In this document: in pieces, positions 49,110 through 61,083 of the stretch
Numbering within the stretch: the first letter of the stretch is position 1
Layout: the number at the start of each line of letters is the position of its first letter
Source: Octopus bimaculoides
Taxonomy: Eukaryota
Length of the DNA: 64,000 nt
Assembly: GCF_001194135.2 (NCBI RefSeq)
Contig: NC_068981.1
Location: 113,996,872 to 114,060,871, forward strand
Direction of reading: 5' to 3'
Notes under the pieces: generated by a model
What the model saw: the letters and a program-made list of their open reading frames with translations, nothing else
What the model was told of the DNA's origin: nothing
Database searches by the model: none
Made by a program: the position numbers and the translations under genes

Positions 49110-49800
49110 TTTGTTGTCTCACCTTGCACAGTTGCCGTCTGATCAGACTTCAAATTTTCGAGTTCTCGTCAAAAATAAGAGTTCCTGTCTCAAAAGGCTG
49201 TCTATCTTTTACCAGAGCCTTCTATTTGATGAGCTACACTGCTGGCCCTGGTACGGAAACACTATATTGGCTGTACCATCTGCTGTGATACCTAAGCAAT
49301 GAGCCTGTGTGGTCTCCGTTCGTATGGCATATTTATCCGCAAGATGACTGCTTGACAGAACTGAAATCCTAGATCAAACAATGACCGGGATTTACATGAA
49401 CAACGTTGTTAATTTTTCCCCATTCTCTACTAGTTGAGTAATGGTATTGTCTGGATTCACTCTAGGACTCTATAGAGGAACGGTGTTGGGGAAACTTGTC
49501 GACATTTTCAGGGTAGCTCCCGGCGTCATTCAAAATTAATTAGTGTGTTCCGTAGGAATTTTGGCTTGAGGACTATAAAGGATTGCATCTAACATGGCAG
49601 AATGACCGAAGGGTGCAGCTGGCTGGAGATAAATTCTGCAGACATGCATACAACGTCAGACAAGTTATCCGAGGTGTGCGCAGAACGTCAAAACTGCTCT
49701 GCAGGCACTTGGTAAGATTCCTGACATGGCTGACTGATAGACTTATATCAAACATGTGGGATGGACCCAGAAATCAGTCGAATCTATCGTAATGATTAGC
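49110..49800 (+). mobile_element. Decayed Tx1-like LINE 3' region
   Basis: EPVWSPFVWHIYPQ..LTELKS*IKQ and SYPRCAQNVKTALQAL (CPRC..ET..HAL-like); similar in character to the 35650 remnant. Recognition from memory. Confidence 0.45.
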
Positions 49801-50519
49801 TCGTCAGACAGTGAAGACAATTTCCCTCTGTCAAGTGACTTTTAATGAAAGAGGTTGTTTGATGTACGGGAAAGCTATGAGGAAGAACAGACACTTTCCT
49901 TTTAGGTCGAGCTGTCATCAACTCTTTCAATTTTCAATTGCAAAAATGAGAGGACGTACAAAGAATTTCTGATCTCATATGAACTTGATGAAAGTTGGGT
50001 GAGACAAGAGTGGACGAGACAACTGCATGTCAGAGTATAACAGTTGTACTGGTTACTTGATGATCATGTTTCTGCGCGGTTCTTCTGTTGACCATAGATG
50101 GAAATATTCTTGTATCACCGGAATATCACTGCATCATTTTCATCATCCTTCATTAATTTCTATAGCATATACACTTATATTTCAGCTTTCCTTAATTTGA
50201 TTGTCAATGTAAAACTCCACAATTTACGATTTATTTTTAATTGTCACCTTCATCCCTCGCTCTGGTGCAAACAAAACGTAAAAAGAAAAAAAAATTCACT
50301 GCCTACCTTGAAGTCTTGAAGGATTTATATTTATTTGCCTTAGGCTTTGACAAAATTTTGCCATTTTTTAATATTTTTCCCAAATGTGAGTTTCTGTTTT
50401 GTATTCTCAAAATTTGTGTAGATATGCTAAACTCCCTTTATTTCTATGCGAATGTTTCTGAAGTAAATATCCGTTGTCTTGGGTCGGGGCATTATCTCAA
50501 AGTTAGTCTCCTAAGAGAG

Positions 50520-50541
50520 AAAGAGAGATAGGTAGATATAT

Positions 50542-50600
<59 letters not shown>

Positions 50601-50775
50601 GAGAAGAGGACTGGTAAGAAAGAAGCAAAAGAAAGAGAAATGGGTAATGCAGAGCGTACAGGAGAACGTCAGAACTAAAACTGCCGGCGTCTCTGCTGCC
50701 ATAACAACCAAAAGAATCAGCGCAGTTGCTTTGACGATATCACCACATACAATGGAGATAGAAAACAAAAGTAAT

Positions 50776-50806
<31 letters not shown>

Positions 50807-50833
50807 GACGACGGTACAACAGCAACAACAACT
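50520..50833. repeat. (GAAA)n and (CAT)n(CAG)n(CAA)n microsatellites
   Basis: Seen directly. Confidence 0.9.
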
Positions 50834-53139
50834 GAACGAAAACAGTAACAAAATATCGTTTGGTTCTCTAACCAAATAAAACGCAATCAATCAACAATAA
50901 GGAAAGATCGATTAAAAAGTACAAATGTGACATAACAAGCTCAGAGTTTATTAAACCTCACCCAAAGTACTAATTAGCACCCGAGAAAAGAATGGGTAAG
51001 AGCAAACGCTACAATATACACACGTAGCATAAAGAGTAAACTACTTGCTGAATATTTAGTGCACACTCACCCTACCTAATGAGATGGAAGCAATATAGGG
51101 TGATTGTGTTACCTGCAACAGAGAAAACTATCCCAGAACACTTGCCACTAAAATTTTTTCCTCACAACATTTTATAATAATTCCACTAGTACTTAGGATC
51201 AGGGATGAACAAAATCCGAGTCACCAAATGCAATTAAAGGGGACCAGACTAGAGAGAAGAAAATGAAGTGTTGAAATGGCCGAGGTTTGTCCTTCAAAAG
51301 AATAAATCGGAAATTCGTTCGGAGTTACAGATGTTGGTTGCATATGAGGAACTAAGTTGCATCCTGGGTCAGTCTTCCAAAGTGCTAAATATGTGGGAAA
51401 ACATGGTCCATGGAAGAGAAAAATGAAAGTAGATTTTTTCTCTCTACAACTCCCACCAACACACCGATTGCGACAACAAGATCAGTAACGATAACAGCAC
51501 AAACAACAACAATTTGCTCACATACTTAGAGAAAGAATTCTCCATCAGACCAAAAACAGAATAAGCAAATCTAACCTTAGAATATGAAAATTCGAACATA
51601 GCCTCTGCACTTTCTGAACCTTCGAACGTGTAAGTTACGAAGTAGACCCCAAAATGAAGAAACGGCAGATATTTGAAAAGAGGAGATATTTGAAAAGAGG
51701 AGAGGTCCGAATAAAGAATCAAGAGACCTGACTCAGAACAACAACCACAATAAAATCAACAAGAGTCACTGTATCAACCAGAGAAAAATCAACAACAGCG
51801 ACACCAAAGCAGAATCAAGAGCAAAAAGACAATCATCTCCGCCACAACATATAAACAGGAACATAGAAACATCAATAAACTGTTTACCTACATAGTTCTT
51901 CGAATAGAGGTCGAAGATTTGGTAAACTTTGGTACATTCAAAGAGAAAACTTTAACCACAGGTGAAACCTATGATGTCTTAACTATTTAAAACGTAAAAT
52001 AAAAACTTCTGATGAGAATCACACTTGAAGTGAACTGCTCACAGAAAAATCAAATGCTACATAATGTGAAACATTAAAAATTCTGGATATGAAGATTTCA
52101 TTTCCTCTTCCTAAAGTGGCCGTACTGAGGATAGGTGGGACAAATGTACATTACGTTTGGCTGTGATAACTATCAGAGAGACCAGGTTGCTCACCGTGAT
52201 AGCTACCATACTCAAACACGCGCGCTATTTCGTAAAGTCAGGGATATAAGTACAAGTGCGGTCTTCCTATTTTCAGATGGTAAATCGATGGTCTTGAAAG
52301 GAAACAAAAGTGAACTCGACGATTTACGCCCCACCAAGATTTGCGCGGCCAGATTTCTATAGTTGCCTGTTTTGTTTGTTAGTATTTGTTGATGGTTGGA
52401 ATGCATTCTGGCATTGAGTGGGAGTATCTGACACGAAAGGTATGTGACATCTCACATGTGACAAGTTTTGCAATGATTGTTAGATTAGAGCAGCTGTCTG
52501 GAGATAAGCTTAGAGTAAGTATTCCGCTTTCAGATAGGCAGGAATTAGCGAGCTAGTTAAATAAGAACTGAAAGGATCCATGAACAACAGGTAGGGAAAT
52601 CTCGCAAAACAGAAAATAACAAAGGGAGACTATAGAGAATCGAAGAGGAGGAGCTCGTAGAAGATGCGTAACAAATGATGTACGGGAAGCAAGAACGGAG
52701 CTTGCGTATATCTCTGACAGGAAATACATGTCAAACTAGACCGTGTGCATTGAAGCACGATAGGTCAACATAGAAGAAACACTGCGCGGAAACAAATCTA
52801 CAACTGAGTATTTGACTGACCTAAACGATAGCGTACAACCCGACTCTATGCAGATATTTCTAGTTTTCCAGTAGTATGCGATGAACAGATCACGAGTGCC
52901 GGTGGTCTGGAAACATTGAGCCTCGATACCTACACTCACAGCCTGTTGTGACTCACGATCAGAGAAATAATATGCGATACAGCTATTTGAGTTTAATTAT
53001 TTTTCTCTTTGACTAAGCTCCTATCAACTACTTGAAGTACAACATTAAGAAGAAGGTAGACAAAGATAGGAGTTTTGCCTCCTACAAAGTTTTACGAAAG
53101 GTGGAAAGAACCAAAGAAATAGTTTTGATGATTTTGGTG

Positions 53140-55415
53140 TTTTGATGTAATGTCAATTACCTGGCACTTTCTCTTTTCTTTTTCTACTAATACTATATCA
53201 GACCTTATAGCTCTTATTACTCTGCCAGTCTCAATGTTAAAATCCCATAACATCTTATATTTCTTATTTTCTAGCACTTTACTAGGTTCATGTTCATACC
53301 ACTTATCAGTATGGTTAAATCCTAGCTACATAACCCTCAGTAGACTATTCTCCTTAGGATGTCATGTCTTTTCATTTATTCTTTCTGTTCCAACATACTA
53401 CATTCACTAACTACATGAATAACACTTCCTAATACTTTCCTTCTTTGTTTTACTTAACCTACATTGGGAATCTATCTGACTTTGGTCTATGATGAGTTTT
53501 ATCTAATTAGTCCCCAAAGATTGATCTTGAGCTACTACTAATAAACGTTCTGCCTCCCTTTTCAGCCTTCCTTTCTGCAACTCCAACCGTGTCTTACTAT
53601 TACTGTTTTCTGTTGCTGTCGTTGGAAATCTATGATGCAAAGCTTTCCCTTGCCAGTCCGATATTCTCTCTTCTTTTATCCGCTTTTTAACCACATTCAG
53701 CTTTTTGGCTTCCCCCACTGTTACTCAAGCCACTTTTAATAAAATTTCCTCACTATTACCTACATAGGAAACTATATCTGCTCGAGCTAACTCTACGCAA
53801 TCTTCTACTGATATTCATCCTTTTCCACCTTCCTTTCTAGGTAAATATAGTCTTTTTACTCCTTCTCTAGGAGTATTTACAACCTTTATTAGATTCGGGC
53901 CATTTAGCTTTGACTTAATTAGCCTCCTCACCCTTCAGATGTACTCCTAAATCTGTCAGATTATAATACTCCTAGATACTTATAACATTTCCCTTCTTTC
54001 AGTGAATTTAATGTCTAGCCATCTGGTAATTGGATGCCTTCACTGCTGACTACCTGCTCCATATTTATGATTAATAATGCTCACTTATCTATGCCAAATT
54101 CCATGCCTGAGTCTTACAGTTTGTATTAAGGAATCCATCTCATTTTATTCATGCTAAAGAGCTTTAGATCATCCATGTAGAACAAATGGTCAATTTGTAC
54201 TTTACTATCTGTAAACTGATACCCTTTCTTTGCCTTTCATTATACTAAACTAATTAAACACAACACAAATATTAAAGGGATAACAACTCTTTCTAGAAAA
54301 TTCCTCTCTTGGTATTAGCTTTCCCTAAAGTTCTATCACCTGAGTAGAGATCTACTTCCCATTTCTTCATGTTATAGCTAATTAACTTTCTTGTGTTGTC
54401 TGCAATACTGAATATTCTCAAACCTTAACTTATAGATAAGTGTGGAATCATGTCATAGGCTTTCTTGCGATCTATCCATGCTGTTGTGAAATTTTTTTCT
54501 TTCAAGATTTCACTTATCTTAGGACTGCTTTTTCTATGTATAATAGATCATGCGTTCCTCTCGCAGTCTTTCTGCTATTTTCCTATTCCTCTCGAAGTAA
54601 ATTCTGGTTGTCAAGGTGCTCATAATTGGTTTCTTATAGCATTCCTGTTAACAACTTTCACATCAGTGCTTTTGTCTTTCATAAGGAGTACTGTTCTCCC
54701 TGTAGTCTTCCAGTTAGGCACAACTCCTCTGTTCAGGCAATCCTGAAGATCTTCCCTCAGTCTCCCGTGTAAGCTGCTAAATTTTTTTTAACCAATACCC
54801 TTGAACTAAATCTGGTCCTGAACCCTTCCAATTCGGCATTCTTCTTAGCACTTTACCCATTAATGCACAAGTTAGTTTTGGATCTGGCTGCTTTTTATCT
54901 CGTTTTCTGTACTCATGCTGCAGTCTTCATTCTGATTAACTGGCTTTTCCCAACTATTACTCTAGAACTTTGTAAGCTTCTCATCTTCTGTAGTTTCTTC
55001 TCTACTATTTATTTGGCGATAAAATCTCCTCTGGTCTATCTCAAACAACCTGATCTATTGTTACTCTCCTATTCTTTTTCTGATTCCTTGAAAGCTTACT
55101 TGTTATTACTATAATATTCTGTGTCATTTCTTCCATGACTATCCTAAGTCTTTGACAAAGTATTTTCTCTCAAGAGGACTTAAATCTTTTGTTTCCTAAC
55201 TTATTCTATTTCTAGGCTTCTATTCTACTCAGTCTTGTCTTAGTGTTAACTTTATTTTCTAGTCTCCCTTTCCACATCTGCTCCTTTTATTCTTCTCTTG
55301 AGGAAAAATTTTCCTACTAGTAACTACTACCCCTCTTGCATAAATCCATAAGTTAATGTCACGTATATTTTCAGTATCTATCCGACTGATAACAGAATCT
55401 ACTTTCTTGCTCTTG
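53140..55415 (-). mobile_element. R4/Dong-type LINE C2 (same family as C1), truncated at both ends
   Basis: Nucleotide similarity to 31800-34250; YKMLWDFNIETGRVIRAIRSDIVLVEKEKRKCQVIDIT, LLVVAQDQSL, LFYMDDLKLF, YRKKAYDMIPH. Confidence 0.9.
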
Positions 55416-55439
55416 CAATAAATACCTTCTACCTCCAAA

Positions 55440-56200
55440 CAAAAAAGCGATTTATTCTATCAATCATATAATTACCATTTCGTTCCAGAATTGACTGCCA
55501 TCTTGTGGACAGATACAATTTTTCCTGCTCAAAGTATTGTCTTTACTGGCGAAAATCATTCCAGGTGAATTTTTACACCCTCTTGTGAGTTGAAGGTCTG
55601 TCCACTCAATGAATTTTGAAGAGACCGAAAGTATTGGAAATCTAAAAGCGCAAGGTCGGGCAAATATAGAAAGTGCAGCACAAACTTCCAGCAAAATCCT
55701 AGTAACTTCTACCGCATCAGCAAGTTAGTGGGCAACCTGGTATTATCGTAATGAATGTCAATGCTCTTATAATTAGCAAGTGCTGGATGCTTATGGTAGT
55801 TCGCTGCGTTTAATTTATTTAGCTGGTCACTGTACAACCTGAAATGATGGTACTGTCCGTGGGAACAAGTTCGTAAAAGAAAACACTCTTCCAATCGGAA
55901 GTATAATCTTCTTCGGGTGAAGCCCTGCTTTGGAGGTTATTTGTGGCGATTAGCAGCGCTTCTCCACATTTTTTGTCCTTTGTCACTGTTTTCTTCAAAG
56001 AATAGTAATTTTCTTTATGTTGCACGGTCTCAAAGCAACGAAAGTATTTTGGCAAACTAAATTTAAATGTTGAAGTGAATCTAACGGTTTTTGTGTGTTT
56101 GAAATGACTTATAAACACCTTCCACGCTGCAATTGTTTTCGTTCCAGCACACGATCTCAGATCAGGTCACTTGCTATGCAAGTATATTTCCGTAACATAT
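55440..56200 (-). mobile_element. Mariner (DD34D) transposon remnant
   Basis: DWKSVFFYELVP, IHYDNTR, YLPDLALLDFQYFRSLQNSL (YSPDLAPSD-like), TRWQSILERNGNYMID*; exactly 34 residues between the second and third D in one frame. Confidence 0.85.
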
Positions 56201-57235
56201 ATCAATTTCTGTTAACTTCTTTAATTTATTCAATTTTCTGAATAGTAATAGCTAAAGAAAACTTATGACCTTGTTTTGAATAGATGCACCCGTTGAATGT
56301 TCATAATTACCATATTCAAATATCCCCATGCTGAAGTCTAAGAGGCCCTTAAAGCGCTAGGTATTGCACTAATTTCTTTTGAGATTATTTCCAAATACAA
56401 ATATTGTTGTGTCTACGGCTGTTATTGTGAAACTCTGTTATTGTGAAAATGGCCAGTTTTCAAGTGTTATTCTTTGGATTTATGGTCACATAATCCCCAG
56501 TTTAGTTTATTTACTATTACACAGTTTTGTCATCTGAAGCAAAGTTAAGAAGTAAGAATACTGAAATAGAAAATCAATTAGCACTAGATGTTAAAGAAGT
56601 AAACGAGGAATAGATAGAGATGCAGTGTCGAAAAGAAGTTAATTTTATAGCAATAGTCGATTACTAGCGTTCATTCAAATGTAACAGGAGATAACTATGA
56701 GCAGAAAAGGAAAATCAATAATATAATGGCTTCTAAAGATGCTTTAGTGTTTTAGAATAATCAATGCTCACTATCTGAAGTAAATGAACGGAGATATTAA
56801 AAAAAAAACAGTCAAGAATATGAGTATTAGATCGATCACATTTGGAAATTGATTTAGGTAACATGATTAAAATGCTATATATCCCGTGATATTATTCTTT
56901 GTGGGAATCAAAATTTAAATCTCTGATAGATGTCAGATAGACTAAAATTTAGCTATCCGACGAGATATACAAATATTAACTGGGCATTATATTTATGAAA
57001 TTCAAATGCAAATTAGTATAATGAAGGAAATAAACGTTGTTAAATTCAGTATATGAAAGTTATACAGATTATTTGTTCACGACAAGATCTCTTCTACAAC
57101 TTATTCAAACGGTACGGGACTGAATATCTACACAGGGACAAATTACTAAAATATAATTCGATTCATATAATCATATGAAATTGCATTTCCAATGCTTTGC
57201 ATAGACCATGCATGGAAATTTAAAACTTAACTAGA

Positions 57236-57327
57236 TATACATTATTTACATTATTTACATTTGACAGATATTTGTCCTCATCTTGTTTGTTGTTAGCATA
57301 ATTTTTCACCTGATATACCATCCAGCC
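57236..57327 (-). mobile_element. Inverted partial copy of the hammerhead tail abutting the tRNA head
   Basis: attatttacattatttacatttgacagatatttgtcctcatcttgtttgttgtt...ccagcc is the RC of about 57940-58030; it breaks inside HHR stem II exactly where the tRNA head starts. Confidence 0.8.
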
Positions 57328-57442
57328 GGGCATATGGCGTAGTGGTTAAGACGGCGGGCTACTAACCCCAAGATTCCGAGTTCGATTCTAGGCAGTGACC
57401 TGAATAATAATAATAATAATAATAATAACAACAACAACATCG

Positions 57443-57628
57443 GCGCAGGAGTAACTATGTGGTAAGTAGCGTGCTTACCAACCACATGGTTCCGGGTTCA
57501 TTCCCACTGCGTGGTACCTTGGGCAAGTGACACCTTGGGCAAGTGGCACCTTGGGCAAGTGTCTTTGGGCCGACCAAAGCCTTGTGAGTGGATTTGGTAG
57601 ACGGAAACTGAAAGAAGCCCGTCATATA

Positions 57629-57683
<55 letters not shown>

Positions 57684-57895
57684 ATATGTTTGTGTGTCTC
57701 TGTTTACTCCCCCACCAGCATCGCTTGAAAACCGATGCTGGTGTGTTTACGTCCCCGTAACTTAGTGATTCGGCAAAAGAGACCGATAGAATAAGTACTA
57801 GGTTTCCAAAGAATAAGTCCTGGGGTCGATTTGCTCGACTAAAGGCGATGCTCCAGCATGGACTCAGTCAAATGACTGAAACAATTAAAAGAGAA
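57443..57895 (+). mobile_element. Full-length SINE A with triplicated accttgggcaagtg motif
   Basis: Head, CORE-like motif x3, internal (TA)n, 3' tail ...gctccagcatggactcagtcaaatgactgaaac. Confidence 0.9.
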
Positions 57896-57925
57896 AGAGA
57901 AAAGAGAGAATCGAAATTACCCCAA

Positions 57926-57971
57926 GACACCTGATGAAGGCTGGAGGGTATGTCAGCCGAAACGTTGTGGT
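57926..57971 (+). ncRNA. Minimal type I hammerhead ribozyme motif (family H1)
   Basis: gacac CTGATGA a ggctg-gagggtatgt-cagcc GAAA cgt t gtggt. Stem II 5 bp perfect, palindromic ACGT stem III, GUU triplet, stem I with one mismatch. Confidence 0.8.
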
Positions 57972-58269
57972 AACAACAAACAAGATGAGGACAAATATCC
58001 GTCAAATGTAAATAATGTAAATAATGTACATAATTCCTCATCTCTTAAATATAGGACTGTATTAACCGGATATTATTGAAAATTAAAGGAAAGATATATT
58101 TATCTTTCTGCCAAATCATAAATATATATTCACATGCACACACATTCATATTCACATTCACAAACAAACAGTGCGTTATGAGTGGATCTGACAGATAGAA
58201 AATGCACGGAAGATAGCTGTACACACAGACACACATATATACACACATCGTATAGTAAATACGTTGAGA

Positions 58270-58505
58270 AGCATAGCGTGGATGTTAGAGTATTTGACTC
58301 ACGATCGTAAGTTCGATATCCGGCGGCGCGTTGTGCCTTGAGCAAGATACTTTATTTCACTCATCTGATAAAAATGAGCAGTACCTGTATTTGAAAGGGC
58401 CAGCCCTGTCACATTCACTGTCACATCGAATCTCCCAGAGAATTACGTTAAGGGTACGTGTGTTTGTGGGGTGCTCAGCCACTTGCAGGTGGATTTCAAG
58501 AACAA
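58270..58505 (+). mobile_element. Decayed SINE sharing the 3' module of SINE C but with a different head
   Basis: cagccctgtcac...gaatctccc.gagaa.tacgttaagggtac.tgtg..tgtgg.gtgctcagccacttgca matches 47850-47935; upstream has ttgtgccttgagcaagatactttatttcac instead. Confidence 0.7.
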
Positions 58506-59094
58506 GGCATACATGAAATAAAATCAGCCATTAACAGATCATCAACACCTGGTAGAACATATATCTGTCAATCCTATGACAAACCAAGAATTTTTATTAA
58601 GATTAGAAGAAAGATATAAATTTTACACAATTAAACTTTTAGAATAATCAATGCTCTCTATCTTAATTAAATGAACGGAAATGTTTTATTAAAAAAACGT
58701 CGAGAAAATGAGTATAAAATCGATTGGGTTTGGAGATTGATTCAGCTACCACAGTTAAAATGCTGTATCTCCCGAAATGTTCTAGCATGAATCAAAATTT
58801 ACATCTCTGAAAGACGTTGGATTTATAAAAGTTTAGCCGTGCGAAAGGCAAAACAAGTACAAAATGGTTTATTATATTCATGAATCTAAATAGAAGTTTG
58901 TATAAAAAAAGTTATTCAATTCTTTGAATAAAAGTGTATATAGATAATTATATTAATCCTACAATGTTGGTAACAATATCTCTACTACAACTAAATCTAA
59001 TATTGTACAAAAATAGAGTATTAAGTATAAATGAAGCGAAATACCACACTGGGGCACTGCCTCGAAGGATTTACCGCACGAATCAACATTTATA

Positions 59095-59240
59095 CTTATT
59101 TCTTAACACTTGGTACTTATTCTATCGGTCTCTTTTTGGTGAACTGCTAAGTTATGGGTACGAATAAAAGCCATCAACGGTTCTTAACTGCTGCTGGGAC
59201 AAACGCAACACAAGCACAGAGACATACACACATATATATA
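59095..59240 (-). mobile_element. SINE A 3' fragment
   Basis: ggtacttattctatcggtctctttttggtgaactgctaagtta.ggg. Confidence 0.7.
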
Positions 59241-59297
59241 TATATACAGACACATATATACATATATATACATATGTACATATATATATATATATAA

Positions 59298-59333
<36 letters not shown>

Positions 59334-59369
59334 CATATATGTATACATACATATATACATACACACACA

Positions 59370-59427
<58 letters not shown>

Positions 59428-59769
59428 NNNNNNNNNNNNNNNNNNNNNNNNNNNNNNNNNNNNNNNNNNNNNNNNNNNNNNNNNNNNNNNNNNNNNNNNN
59501 NNNNNNNNNNNNNNNNNNNNNNNNNNNNNNNNNNNNNNNNNNNNNNNNNNNNNNNNNNNNNNNNNNNNNNNNNNNNNNNNNNNNNNNNNNNNNNNNNNNN
59601 NNNNNNNNNNNNNNNNNNNNNNNNNNNNNNNNNNNNNNNNNNNNNNNNNNNNNNNNNNNNNNNNNNNNNNNNNNNNNNNNNNNNNNNNNNNNNNNNNNNN
59701 NNNNNNNNNNNNNNNNNNNNNNNNNNNNNNNNNNNNNNNNNNNNNNNNNNNNNNNNNNNNNNNNNNNNN

Positions 59770-59808
<39 letters not shown>

Positions 59809-59820
59809 CACACACGCACG

Positions 59821-59853
<33 letters not shown>

Positions 59854-60049
59854 GTATATACACAAAATATAGTTCACGGGTGATTTAAACGACTAGGTAC
59901 GCTGGGTAATTGCTGTAACGATGGCGATAACAATAATGACGATAATAATAATAATTGCAACCATGGCGTTGGTATTGGGTAATAGAAATGACAGCAATGA
60001 TAACAGTAATATCATGAACGATTAACCTAATACAACTTTAGCCTTTAGC

Positions 60050-60480
60050 TTGCCTTACTATAGTAGCACTACCTCATCCCTCTCTGCAACTAACCATTGT
60101 AGAACTGATAGCTGCAACTGCAGATCTGGGACAGACTGCCCGCTGCAAGCCCATTGCAGAAGATTAAACGTCGCATACCAATGCACCGTTCGCAACATAG
60201 TAAATAACGCCAATAGCTACTATATTGGATCTACCACAAAATTTAAGCAGATATTATACACATTTAAACTCGTTTAAATATAAAGAGCATAGCAATTCCA
60301 CATCACTAGCCAGCCACGTACACCATCTAATGGGCTTTAATAGATTCTGGCATCCCATATCAGGGCCAGCGCTCCACTTATGGACTCTGCCGAAAAGAAG
60401 CCCTAAAAATTTTAAACCACAACCCACCACAATGGCTTAACAAACACAACGAAGACTTCACAACGTGTAAACACAAATTC
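60050..60480 (+). mobile_element. Penelope-like GIY-YIG endonuclease fragment (third lineage)
   Basis: CNCRSGTDCPLQAHCRRLNVAYQCTV...YYIGSTT..F; RYYTHLNSFKYKEHSNSTSLASHV; followed by pyrimidine/C-rich 3' region. Confidence 0.8.
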
Positions 60481-61020
60481 TTCCGCACTTTTAAATTCTT
60501 CCATAAATCCAATTGTAATTCACTCCCCACGCATAACACTCACATACAGGTACCCATGTATATTTCTTCTATCAACCTTGCCTTTAATTTATTTTTAAAC
60601 ATTAACCTATAAAATCCCCTAATATTTAGTTCTATCTCTTATTCCTAAATAGTTTAACATTCAACTGGTTTCTCCATTCACGACCACCTACACACCCATA
60701 CCCCCATGGCTAAAAATATTAGTATCATCCTTATCTGTATCTTTCAATACATCTCAACGCTTCTAAAGCAAACTTTGTCAGTTGACTTTCAACGTAAGTT
60801 GAATTTAACGTCTGATGGCGTCTTATAAAGCTAGATTTATGTATCCTAAAATTACAGAAGAATTTGTCACTAGGCTGTTCAACTTAATGGTAAAGCACTT
60901 GACGCGTAATCATAGGGACGTAATTTCGAGTTTCATGGCTGCCGCCGATAGATTTTTCTGCAAAATGTGGATAGTTTATCCCGTTTATGCTATATTATTA
61001 GCATTATCCTCCGTTTGAGA

Positions 61021-61083
<63 letters not shown>

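Larger units (their letters stand above)
57327..58056 (+). mobile_element. Composite tRNA-(AAT)n-hammerhead element, copy 2, split by SINE A
   Basis: Head 57327-57402 (A and B boxes), (AAT)n(AAC)n, catcg at 57438-57442, SINE A, resumes tcgaaatt at 57911 with HHR and tail to about 58056. Confidence 0.8.
56751..58865 (+). repeat. About 230-bp diverged direct repeat, copies at 56751-56980 and 58638-58865
   Basis: Both start tttagaataatcaatgctc.ctatct..a.taaatgaacgga and share atgagtat..aatcgat, ttaaaatgct.tat, gaatcaaaattta.atctctga. Confidence 0.75.

Noticed and set aside
50647-50835. Poly-His/poly-Gln ORF
   Set aside because: Explained by (CAT)n(CAG)n microsatellites with no coding context.
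51667-51700. Perfect 17-bp tandem duplication
   Set aside because: Ordinary slippage duplication with no further structure.
51280-53000. GC-richer stretch possibly a non-LTR ORF1
   Set aside because: No motif could be read with confidence; needs a repeat-library search.
55470-55838. Apparent pair of phase-matched minus-strand exons with good splice sites
   Set aside because: Read across frames it is a DD34D mariner transposase (HYDN, YLPDLALLD, RWQSIL..NGNY); the splice-like sites are coincidental. This is also why the other exon calls are kept at low confidence.
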